Shown here one piece after another: positions 36,641-44,827 of a DNA stretch of 64,000 bases (its first letter is position 1; each line of letters opens with the position of its first letter). The translations under genes and the position numbers were made by a program. The notes under the pieces were generated by a model. That model was not told where the DNA came from. It was given only the letters and a program-made list of their open reading frames with translations, and ran no database searches. The DNA comes from Bifidobacterium breve (GTDB taxonomy: Bacteria > Actinomycetota > Thermoleophilia > Gaiellales > F1-60-MAGs149), in contig CAMDVX010000001.1 of the NCBI GenBank assembly GCA_945877865.1, positions 18,728 through 82,727 on the forward strand, read 5' to 3'.

Positions 36641-37713
36641 GGCAGCTCGTCGAGCTCCTCTGCTCGCAGCACTTGGAGGTAGCGGTGGCGGCCAAGCTCG
36701 ACCTCGGGCGGCGGACCGCTGCGGGCGCCTGGGCCAATGCGCTTCGTTGCCATTCGACGAATGGCAAACTCGGGCAGCAGCCGAATCCAGCGCTGCGCCT
36801 GGTTGAGGCGGTCGTAGCCTGGTCTATGCGAGGCATGCAGCGCTGCGTAGCGGGCGTGGGCGTCGGTCGCTGTGAGCCGACCGTCGAGCGAGGCGGCCAG
36901 CAGCCGGCCCGCAGCGGCACCGAAGTAGGCTGCCGGCCTGATGCCTTCGAGCGTCACGGGCAGGGCCTGGCCGGCGGCATCGCCAACGAACACGACGGGA
37001 CCCTGCACTGGCTCGCGTGGCGTGCAGGCGATGGCGCCGCCATGGTGCTCTGTGCCTGCGCCGATCTGCTCGCGCTGGCGGAGACCGGCCATGGCCGGCT
37101 GCAGTGGCTCGCGGGTAAAGGAGCCGACGCCGGCCCGGACATGGCTGCCAGCCGGAAACGACCAGCCGTAGCCCGCCTTCAGCAGCGACTTGGCGACGTA
37201 GAAGGCGAAGCCATTCGTCGTGGGGGCGGCTCCTGCTGGCACGTGGTCCTCCGTGCCGATGACGAGCCCGTCGTGCGACCCGCGCGTTGGCCCGCCGGCG
37301 TCAAGCACCCGCCGCCAGCCAGAGGCGTCGATCAGGTGGGTGGCTGCGAGCCGCTCTCCACCGGCACCAACTGCGCTGTCGCCGTCTCGTCCAACGACGC
37401 GAATCTGCTCGAAGCGGGCGTCGCACTGGGCGGCGAGCGCGCGGCAGCAGGCCTCGTAGTCGATCACGCAGTACGCCTCGGGCAGGTTGAGGTTCCACGC
37501 CGAGGAGCCGATCCGAAGGTGCATGCGCGTGTCCTCGTGGAGCACCGCTTCGGCGGCGCCGAGCCACTCGATCAGGCGCGTCGGCAGGGCACACGCCGAG
37601 GTCTGATGGGCGCCGATGGGTGAGCGGTCGACGATCAGCACGTCGTGGCCGCGTAGCTCTCGTGCGGCCACGAGGCCGGCGAACGACGCACCAACGATTA
37701 GACAGTCCGTCAT
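36637..37713 (-). CDS. FAD-dependent oxidoreductase (geranylgeranyl-reductase-like family)
   Basis: N-terminal dinucleotide motif DCLIVGASFAGLVAARELRG..VLIVDR and a later DASGWRRVL segment. 358 aa. Confidence 0.68.
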   Translation of the reverse strand: MTDCLIVGASFAGLVAARELRGHDVLIVDRSPIGAHQTSACALPTRLIEWLGAAEAVLHEDTRMHLRIGSSAWNLNLPEAYCVIDYEACCRALAAQCDARFEQIRVVGRDGDSAVGAGGERLAATHLIDASGWRRVLDAGGPTRGSHDGLVIGTEDHVPAGAAPTTNGFAFYVAKSLLKAGYGWSFPAGSHVRAGVGSFTREPLQPAMAGLRQREQIGAGTEHHGGAIACTPREPVQGPVVFVGDAAGQALPVTLEGIRPAAYFGAAAGRLLAASLDGRLTATDAHARYAALHASHRPGYDRLNQAQRWIRLLPEFAIRRMATKRIGPGARSGPPPEVELGRHRYLQVLRAEELDELP

Positions 37714-37716
37714 CGT

Positions 37717-38898
37717 CTACCTCGTCGCCGCGGCTGCTGCACCGGCTCGTCGTCCAAACACGCAGACGTCGAGCAGCGAGTTGCCCATCATGCGGTTGCG
37801 TCCGTGCACGCCGCCTGTAATCTCGCCAGCTGCCCAGATGCCAGGGACGGAGGTGCGGCCGTCTTCGTCGATGATCAGACCGCCATTTTGGTAGTGCAGG
37901 ACGGGATAGACGAGGATAGGCTCGGTCAGCGGATCGATGCCAGCCTTGCGGTAGCGCTTGAGCATGTAGGGGAATGAGATCTCAGCATCCGCTGCGGCCA
38001 CCGGCCGGCAGTCGAGGTGGACGGCAGGGCGGCCGGCGGGCGTCGTCAGCCCGCGGCCCTCAGCACACTCGCGGGTGATTGCCTCGGCCACGACGTCGCG
38101 TGGCGCGAGCTCGTCGACGAACTGCTCGCCCGCCGCGTTCCGCAGCAGCGCACCGTAGGCACGGGTCGTCTCGGGCACGGCGTAGCCAGCCAGCCCTGCC
38201 GGCCAGGCTGCTCCGGTGGGATGGCGCTGCAGCGAGTCGTGGTCGCGCTCGGCGCAGCCTGCGGCAACGGCGAGCGCGGCTACCTCGCCGGTTGCACCAT
38301 CGCCGTTGGTGGAGAGCTCGCCCGTCTCCTCGGCGGCTCGCTTGCAGCGACCCCCGGCGGCCAGCACGATTGCGCCTGCCTCGATCAGCACCTGCTCGCC
38401 GTTGCGCTCGATCAGCGCTGCGCCATCGCTGGCCAGTGCCACCAGCGGCGCGTGATCGAGCACCACGATGCCGTCGCGTAGGGCCACGGCCTCGCGGAGG
38501 GCCGAGGCGATGGCGAGCCCGGTACGGTCGCCGACCTGAAGCAGCCGCTGCCGGGTTGCGCCGCCGCAGCGGGCGCGCCGCAGCGAGCCGTCGCTCTCGC
38601 GGGTAAAGGTGACGCCAAGGGAAGCGAGCCACGCGATCGTCGCCGGGCCCTCCTCGACGAGGCGCCGCGCCAGCACGGCGTCGGCCGTGTCATGCGACGA
38701 GCGCATCACGTCGGCAAAGTGCGTCGCGACATCGTCGTCGCTACCGACTGCGGCCTGAATGCCGCCTTGCGCCTTGGCCGTGTTGCAGGAGGCGACGCCG
38801 AGCTTCGTCGCGATGACGACGGAGGCACCGGCATCGCAGGCGGCGATCGCGGCCGCGAGGCCGGCGCCACCCGAGCCGATCACGAGCACGTCGGGCAT
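37717..38898 (-). CDS. fumarate reductase / succinate dehydrogenase / L-aspartate oxidase-type flavoprotein (short form)
   Basis: DVLVIGSGGAGLAAAIAA FAD motif, NTAKAQGGI, LQRHPTG (the family's HPT motif) and GGVHGRNRMMGNSLLD. It lacks the long C-terminal helical domain. Confidence 0.75.
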   Translation of the reverse strand: MPDVLVIGSGGAGLAAAIAACDAGASVVIATKLGVASCNTAKAQGGIQAAVGSDDDVATHFADVMRSSHDTADAVLARRLVEEGPATIAWLASLGVTFTRESDGSLRRARCGGATRQRLLQVGDRTGLAIASALREAVALRDGIVVLDHAPLVALASDGAALIERNGEQVLIEAGAIVLAAGGRCKRAAEETGELSTNGDGATGEVAALAVAAGCAERDHDSLQRHPTGAAWPAGLAGYAVPETTRAYGALLRNAAGEQFVDELAPRDVVAEAITRECAEGRGLTTPAGRPAVHLDCRPVAAADAEISFPYMLKRYRKAGIDPLTEPILVYPVLHYQNGGLIIDEDGRTSVPGIWAAGEITGGVHGRNRMMGNSLLDVCVFGRRAGAAAAATR

Positions 38899-38900
38899 CG

Positions 38901-39671
38901 CTACGTGTCGAGGCCGAGGATGAACGACATCGTGTCGCTCCTCAGGCCGCGTCGCAGCGTCTCGAGTGGGATGACCTCATCTGGCGGGATGTTGCCGAGG
39001 TTGACGTCCGGCCCGAGGTGCTTGATGAACCATGCCTGCTGCGCCTTCTGCGGTGCCTCGAAGAGCAGGTTGGAGATGTCGATCTCGTGAGCGATCTCGT
39101 CGATCAGGCCGCTGCGGACCTCGCCCGAGGTGCGGAAGATGCCCGCCGTTCCCGATTCGCGCGCCTCGGTAATGACCTTCCAGGCGCCAGCGGCCTGCTC
39201 CTCCTTGATCCACTCGACCCACTGGTACGGCGCGAAGATCTCCTCGGCATCCTTGGAGCCAACCTCGCTGAGGACCTGGAAGTCCTCGGCGAACATGCTG
39301 ATCAGCTCGAGCTTACGTTCGCGAGGCATGTCGATCGTGCCGTCGGAGACCTCGACGCACGCGAAGCCCTGTGCCGACAGCCACTGGCGATACTCGTTGA
39401 TGCGCCCGCGGGCCTCCGCTACCTCCAGCAGGGTGCCGCCGCAGACGACGGGGATTCCGAGCGAGCTGTAGAGGTCGAGCTTCTCCCGCAGCATGCCGGT
39501 AACGTACGACGTCCCCCAGCCGAGCTTGACGATGTCAATGAAGCCACCGGACATCTCAACCATGGAGCGGATATCGGCGAGGCCGAGCCCCTTGTCCATC
39601 ACGTGCGTGAGCCCGACGTTGCGAGGCTTTGTCACCCGCGGGGGCAGGCCGAGGAAATCGGGTGCACTCAT
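38901..39671 (-). CDS. comA: (2R)-phospho-3-sulfolactate synthase (ComA) family protein
   Basis: 256 aa. PPRVTKPRNVGLTHVMDKGLG......M.E.SGGFIDIVKLGWGTSYV and VEVSDGTIDMP match the ComA/YitD family pattern as I recall it. Confidence 0.82.
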   Translation of the reverse strand: MSAPDFLGLPPRVTKPRNVGLTHVMDKGLGLADIRSMVEMSGGFIDIVKLGWGTSYVTGMLREKLDLYSSLGIPVVCGGTLLEVAEARGRINEYRQWLSAQGFACVEVSDGTIDMPRERKLELISMFAEDFQVLSEVGSKDAEEIFAPYQWVEWIKEEQAAGAWKVITEARESGTAGIFRTSGEVRSGLIDEIAHEIDISNLLFEAPQKAQQAWFIKHLGPDVNLGNIPPDEVIPLETLRRGLRSDTMSFILGLDT

Positions 39672-39718
39672 GGGGCAAGCGTACCAATCGGCGGGTGGTG
39701 CGCTGGCGGCTGCGGGCG

Positions 39719-41074
39719 TTAAGCCCAGTCGACGGTGCTTGCGGCTGGCAGGCTGATCACGACGCGGCAGCCACCGCCTGGTGCGTCGGCAATCGTCACG
39801 GTCCCGCCATGGGCTGTAATGTCTTGCCGGACGATTGCCAGCCCGAGGCCCGAGCCCGGCCGATTCTGCACGTCCCGGCCGCGACGGAAGCGGTCGAACA
39901 TGGCATCTCGGTCGTCGAGTGGGATACCCGAGCCACTATCGTCGACGGTAATTCCTTCGGGTCGGACCGTCACGGTGACGGGCGCACCGCCATGAAGCAG
40001 CGCGTTCTCTACGAGGTTGCCGACGGCGCGCTCCAGCCGGTTTGGGTCTCCTGTGAACGTCACCGCTTCGGTGTCAAGGCGTATCTCGGCCTGTGGGCGC
40101 CGGGCGCGGGCACGGGCCACCACGTCGGCGGCGAGGTCGTCTAGCCGCAGCACCTCGGACTCCTCAACGGGGCGTGCGCCGCGAGCGAGGTCAACGATGC
40201 TCGTGATCATGCGGGACACCTCATCGATCTCTCGGCCGAGGGCGATCGCAAGGTGCTGCCGATCCTCGCCGCTGAGCGCGCTGCTCGGGTCGCCGAGGGT
40301 CTCAACGTCGGTTCGCAGCGCCGTCAGCGGCGTGCGAAGCTCGTGCGCCGCATCGGCGACGAGGTGATCCTGCGCGTTGCGCGCCTCCTCGAGGCCTTTC
40401 AGCAGGGCATTGACTGCGCCGGCCAGGCGGGCTGACTCTGCGCCGCCTTGCTCTGGCAGGCGGCGGGAGAGGTCGCGGTCGCGGGCGGCGTCCTCCACGT
40501 TGCTTGCGAGCCGGCGCAGCGGTGCAAGGCCGCGTTCGGCAACGGCGATGCCGAGGATGATCGCTGCCACGACGCCGCCGATTCCCGCTAGCAGCAGCAG
40601 GCGCTGCAGGCGCGTCAGGGTCGACTCAACCTCCGTGACCGGGCGCCCCACCTGGAGCGCGAGGTCCTTGCGGAGCCCCGCCACGAGCACCCGGACGGGC
40701 ATGCCATCGACGATCACGGTGCCCAGCGACGTGCCGCCCCTCTGTGCGATCTCGGCGGCGTTTGGGCCGATCGGGATTGCCTGCTCGCCTGCCGGTAGGC
40801 GGATCACCTTGCCGGCGCCGCTGATGAGCTCGGCGAAGATGCCGGGCGCACCAAAGCGGCCGCTCTGCTGGCCGCCGAAGTTGGCTCCACCGGCGCCTCC
40901 GGTGCCGCTCCGTGCCGCATCCCGGGCCTCGCGCACTGCCGCTGCCCGCAGCGAGTCGTCGATCTCCGTATAGAGGGACCGCTTCGTCACCTGGTACGTG
41001 ACGACGCTGCCGACGCCGAAGGTGATGATCACCGCGAGCGAGGCGGCGATGGCGATGCGTACCCTTAGGCTCAT
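39719..41074 (-). CDS. sensor histidine kinase (2 TM, HAMP, HisKA, HATPase_c)
   Basis: H-box VADAAHELRTPLTAL, N/G boxes (NLVENALLHG, DSGSGIP, GSGLGLAIV), and two TM helices flanking a ~130-aa sensor loop. 4-nt overlap with the regulator gene. Confidence 0.88.
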   Translation of the reverse strand: MSLRVRIAIAASLAVIITFGVGSVVTYQVTKRSLYTEIDDSLRAAAVREARDAARSGTGGAGGANFGGQQSGRFGAPGIFAELISGAGKVIRLPAGEQAIPIGPNAAEIAQRGGTSLGTVIVDGMPVRVLVAGLRKDLALQVGRPVTEVESTLTRLQRLLLLAGIGGVVAAIILGIAVAERGLAPLRRLASNVEDAARDRDLSRRLPEQGGAESARLAGAVNALLKGLEEARNAQDHLVADAAHELRTPLTALRTDVETLGDPSSALSGEDRQHLAIALGREIDEVSRMITSIVDLARGARPVEESEVLRLDDLAADVVARARARRPQAEIRLDTEAVTFTGDPNRLERAVGNLVENALLHGGAPVTVTVRPEGITVDDSGSGIPLDDRDAMFDRFRRGRDVQNRPGSGLGLAIVRQDITAHGGTVTIADAPGGGCRVVISLPAASTVDWA

Positions 41075-41751
41075 CGGGAGGGCCGCAGCACGTAGCCGAC
41101 GCCGCGGACCGTCTCAATGAGGCGCGACCCGCCTTCGTCCTCGAGCTTGCGACGAAGGTAGCCAACGTAGACCTCCACGCCGTTTGAGGAGGTGCGCGCG
41201 TCCATGCCCCAGACGCGGTCGAGGATGACCTCGCGGGTCAGAACGCGCTCCGGGTTGCGGAGGAACAGCTCGAGCAGGAGGCGTTCGGTCCGAGTCAGGT
41301 CGAGGATCCGGTCGCCGCGTGCCGCTGTGTGGGCCGCTAGGTCGAGGCGGACGCCAGCCACGTCCAGCACGTCGTCCTGCTGCCCGGGGTCGGCGAGAGA
41401 TCGCCGGCAGATGGCGCGCAGGCGGGCATCAAGCTCGACGGTGGCAAACGGCTTGACGAGGTAGTCGTCGGCCCCGGCGTCGAGGCCCTCGACTCGATCA
41501 GCGACGGCATCGCGAGCCGTCAGCATGAGGATCGGCGTTCGCACGCCGTTCTCGCGGAGGGTCCGACATATATCGAAGCCGCTGCCGTCGGGTAGGTTGA
41601 CGTCGAGGACGATCGCCTCGAGGTCGTCGGCCACGGCCAGCCGAGCCTCGGCGGCCGTCGCAGCCTCGACGATGTCGTGCCCGCGCGCGCGCAGGGCACG
41701 GCGGATGGCAGATCGGACTGCCTCGTTGTCTTCGACGATGAGTATGCGCAT
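41071..41751 (-). CDS. OmpR/PhoB-family response regulator
   Basis: Trimmed to MRILIVEDNE. REC domain (D..LDVNLPDGSG, YLVKPF) followed by a winged helix (LT.TE..LLELF..N...V.TRE.I...VWG......SN.VEVYVGYLRRKL). Confidence 0.9.
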   Translation of the reverse strand: MRILIVEDNEAVRSAIRRALRARGHDIVEAATAAEARLAVADDLEAIVLDVNLPDGSGFDICRTLRENGVRTPILMLTARDAVADRVEGLDAGADDYLVKPFATVELDARLRAICRRSLADPGQQDDVLDVAGVRLDLAAHTAARGDRILDLTRTERLLLELFLRNPERVLTREVILDRVWGMDARTSSNGVEVYVGYLRRKLEDEGGSRLIETVRGVGYVLRPSR

Positions 41752-41811
41752 GATGATTGCCAAGTAGCGGCGGCTGGCCACGAGTATGCCGGGTGGGGCC
41801 GCCGGCGGTTG

Positions 41812-42843
41812 CTAGGGCTGGCCTCCAGCTGCGGCCCCACCCGCAGGCTTGGGTGGTGGAGGGCTTCCGTCCTGCTGCGGCCGGCCTGCTCCCTGATTTC
41901 CATCCACTCGATGGTGGCCGCCTTGTCCACTCTGGCCCGCTTGGCCGGTCTGGCCTGCTTGACCGCTCTGACCGCTCTGACCGCCCTGGGCGCCCTGACC
42001 ACCCTGTTCGCCTTGGCTTGCCGGGCGGCTCTGCGTGCTCTGCCCGCCCTGATCTGCCGGGCTGCTCTGCGTGCCTTGTCCGCCTTGGCCTTGCTGGCCG
42101 CTCTGACCAGCCGGAGCCTGCGGCTCCCGCACGGTGATCGGAGCGCCGCTGTCAATCAGCTCTGCGATCTGATTGGACTGCTCCTGCGTGATGGTCTTCG
42201 CCGCGACGAGGGCATCCAGCCGCTGCCCGGCGAGAGCCGAGAGGAGGGCGCTGTCGGCCTCGGCGAGTCGTCCGGCAGCGATCAGGGCGGTGACGTCGGT
42301 GGCCTGATTCGCGGAGAGTGCGCCAGCCTGTTGACCGCGCCGAACCTTGGCTGTCAGCTCGGCAGCGCTCGCGAGGCGCGTCACCTCTCCGGGCTTGGGC
42401 CCGCCGATGCCGATTGGCACGCCGGCGCCGACGAGGCTCGCAATCTGGGCAGACTGATCGCTGCTAATGGCGCTGGCGGTCACGAGCTCATCGAGACGCT
42501 GCGTCACTGAGGACGACCGCAGAGACTGCATTGCCTGCACGAAGTCGCCGTTCGTGATCTGCGTCTTGATGGTGGTGGCCTCCGCAGGGGTGAGGGTCCC
42601 GGCCTGCGCAAGCTCGTCGATGCGGGCGGCGAGCTGCTCGGCCTGAGCCTCCGTGAGCGGCTTGCTGACCGCCTCCTGCGGCACGCCGAGCTTGGCTGCG
42701 AGCGCCTGCTCAAACTCCTGCTGCCGCTGGCTCTGATCATCGTTCGAGCCAATGCCCGAGGCGAGGACGGGACCACCGATGCCGGCGAGCCCAATGCCAG
42801 CGGCGACGATGCCAATGACGATGTTTCTCTTGCTGCGTCGCAC
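41812..42843 (-). CDS. secreted/anchored LTXXQ-repeat protein with Gly/Gln-rich C-terminal tail
   Basis: Re-annotated start GTG at 42843, preceded by GAAGGAGG (revcomp of 42849-42856). N-terminal hydrophobic segment NIVIGIVAAGIGLAGIGGPVLA. Repeated motifs: LTEAQAEQL, LTPAEATTI, ISSDQSAQI, LSANQATDV, ITQEQSNQI. The track's 710-aa ORF upstream part is antisense to fabF. Confidence 0.6.
   Translation of the reverse strand: MRRSKRNIVIGIVAAGIGLAGIGGPVLASGIGSNDDQSQRQQEFEQALAAKLGVPQEAVSKPLTEAQAEQLAARIDELAQAGTLTPAEATTIKTQITNGDFVQAMQSLRSSSVTQRLDELVTASAISSDQSAQIASLVGAGVPIGIGGPKPGEVTRLASAAELTAKVRRGQQAGALSANQATDVTALIAAGRLAEADSALLSALAGQRLDALVAAKTITQEQSNQIAELIDSGAPITVREPQAPAGQSGQQGQGGQGTQSSPADQGGQSTQSRPASQGEQGGQGAQGGQSGQSGQAGQTGQAGQSGQGGHHRVDGNQGAGRPQQDGSPPPPKPAGGAAAGGQP
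41911..42121 (-). repeat. coding low-complexity (GQ/SGQ) microsatellite-like tract
   Basis: Reiterated ctgacc/ctggcc/ctgccc hexamers encode ...GQSGQQGQGGQGTQ...GQGAQGGQSGQSGQAGQTGQAGQSGQGG. Confidence 0.8.
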
Positions 42844-42948
42844 GATGGTCCTCCTTCTCGCGTACGGATAGGGTGGCGAATCAACCTGAAGAGATTCTGA
42901 GAGTAGTCGGTGCAGGTCGGGGGCGGGTCCGTGCGCCACACTCTGGCT

Positions 42949-44151
42949 ATGCGGCGACGCGTGGTGGTAACTGGTCTTGGGCTGGTCTCGGCCTTTGGCA
43001 ACGAGGTGGATGGATTCTGGGACGCGCTGCTGGCTGGGCGCTCGGCGGCGACGGAGACGCTGCTCGAGGGCCTGCCGCCGGTGCCGACGTGTCGCGTGCC
43101 CGAGTTCCCCCTGGACGACGTGATCAGCCGCCGTGACGCCAAGCGGATGGATCGCGTGGGCGTGTTCGCAGCCGTGGCGACTGCCGCCGCGTTGGCCGAC
43201 GCTGGGCGGCACGGCATCCCCGGCGAGCGCTTTGGCGCGGCCATCGGCTGCGCTCACGGAGGCGCCGCGACCGTCGAGGAGGCGCAGCGGACGCTGCGCG
43301 AGCGTGGCCTCGACCGGGTCAGCCCGTTTGCGGTGCCGCTCGGTCTCGTCAACTCTGCCGTTGCTGGCGTTGCCCGGGTCCACGGCCTGCGGGGTCCGTC
43401 GTCCGCGCCAGCGACAGCGTGTGCAGCGGGCTCGGATGCCATCGGTTTCGCGTACGAGCGCATCCGCGACGGACGAGCCGACGCGATGGTAGCGGGTGGA
43501 GCAGAGGCGGCAATCGTGCCCTCGGTCATCGCGGGCTATCTGCGGCTTGGGGCGATCGCCTCGCTCGAGCGCGGAGCAGCAGCGGCCTCCCGTCCGTTTG
43601 ACGCGGCGCGCGATGGGTTCGTGATGGCGGAGGGTGCCGGGGTCCTCGTGTTGGAGGAGCGCGAGCACGCCGAGGCGCGTGGGGCCCGCATCTATGCCGA
43701 GCTCGTCGGCTACGGCCAGAGCTGCGACGCGGGGCACATGACGAGCCCGGACGACACGGGCGATGGTCCGGCCCGTGCGGTGGCCGAGGCGCTCGCGGAG
43801 GCCGGCATTGAGGCGAGCACGGTCGGGTACGTAAACGCCCACGCCACGTCGACGCCGGTCGGCGACCGGGCTGAGGCGATCGCGCTGCGCCGCGCCGGGC
43901 TGGCCGCTGTGCCGGTCTCGTCGACGAAGGGTCAGCATGGCCACACGCTGGGCGCAGCGGGTGGGATCGAGGCGATTGCGACTCTGGTCTGCTTCGCCCG
44001 CGACCAGCTGCCGCCGTGTGCCAACCTCGACGTGTCAGACGTCGAGCTAGACCTCGTGCGAACGGCACGCTCCGCAGCGCCCGAGTACGCCATGTCGACT
44101 GGCTTTGGCTTTGGTGGCCACGACGCGGCGCTCGTCTTTCGCCGCGGCTAG
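42949..44151 (+). CDS. fabF: beta-ketoacyl-ACP synthase II
   Basis: Trimmed to MRRRVVVTGLGLVSAFG. Active-site Cys (PATACAAGSDAIG) and the two His (NAHATSTPVGD, KGQHGHTLGAAG). Confidence 0.88.
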   Translation: MRRRVVVTGLGLVSAFGNEVDGFWDALLAGRSAATETLLEGLPPVPTCRVPEFPLDDVISRRDAKRMDRVGVFAAVATAAALADAGRHGIPGERFGAAIGCAHGGAATVEEAQRTLRERGLDRVSPFAVPLGLVNSAVAGVARVHGLRGPSSAPATACAAGSDAIGFAYERIRDGRADAMVAGGAEAAIVPSVIAGYLRLGAIASLERGAAAASRPFDAARDGFVMAEGAGVLVLEEREHAEARGARIYAELVGYGQSCDAGHMTSPDDTGDGPARAVAEALAEAGIEASTVGYVNAHATSTPVGDRAEAIALRRAGLAAVPVSSTKGQHGHTLGAAGGIEAIATLVCFARDQLPPCANLDVSDVELDLVRTARSAAPEYAMSTGFGFGGHDAALVFRRG

Positions 44152-44186
44152 AGCGTTCTGCTGAGCGGTGGCGCTGAGGCTGATCC

Positions 44187-44783
44187 CTACGGGGAGCGGT
44201 CGAGCCAGCGGGCGGTCACCCCGCCGACACCGACGAGCAGGAGCAGCAGGGCGAGCACGGCGAGCATCACCACGATCAGCGGGGTGTGGCTCTCGACGGC
44301 CGGCAGCGGGCTGGCCGCCTGCTCGGCCACTGACGTGGCGCCAAGATCGATCCGTCGCACCTCCCGCTGGAGCGAGTCGCTCTCCGGCGTCGGCAGCGCT
44401 GCTGCCTCCTCGCCCTGCACCGGCACGGCCTCAGGCGCAACAAAGGCTGGTGTCGGTGTCGGTGTCGGCGTGTCGGCGTCGGCCGTCGGAGCGGTCGTTG
44501 GCTCCTTGTCGGGTGGCTTAGAATCGGCGGCCTTGTCGCGCGCCCGCGCGGCCCGGATGGCTCCCATGATGCCGGAGTACATGCGGGCGTCAGGGTCAAC
44601 CTGCCTGAGCGCCGACGCGTAGCAATCCTGTGAGTGGTACTCCGCGAGCTTGCCCGTGTTGAAGTACTGGTCGATGATCTGCGCGCCGCACTCCTTGGCG
44701 CCGGCCGCCGGGGCGGCGATCACGACGACCGCAGCCACGAGCAGGGCTACGAGCAGACGTCCTCTGATGGTGCTCTCCCCCAT
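44187..44783 (-). CDS. hypothetical exported protein with C-terminal membrane anchor
   Basis: Trimmed to MGESTIRGRLLVALLVAAVVVIAAPAAGA (signal). A Cys-containing globular part, a Pro/Thr-rich linker, and a C-terminal TM helix (LIVVMLAVLALLLLLVGVGGV). Confidence 0.5.
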   Translation of the reverse strand: MGESTIRGRLLVALLVAAVVVIAAPAAGAKECGAQIIDQYFNTGKLAEYHSQDCYASALRQVDPDARMYSGIMGAIRAARARDKAADSKPPDKEPTTAPTADADTPTPTPTPAFVAPEAVPVQGEEAAALPTPESDSLQREVRRIDLGATSVAEQAASPLPAVESHTPLIVVMLAVLALLLLLVGVGGVTARWLDRSP

Positions 44784-44827
44784 TCCGTCAAACACTAGTC
44801 GCTCCCGAACGGCGTGGTGCGGTGTGC

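Noticed and set aside
41812-43944. 710-aa ORF spanning the LTXXQ protein and the region opposite fabF
   Set aside because: The upstream ~365 aa run antisense to a well-supported fabF gene and have shadow-ORF composition. A GTG with a GGAGG SD at 42843 explains the real gene.
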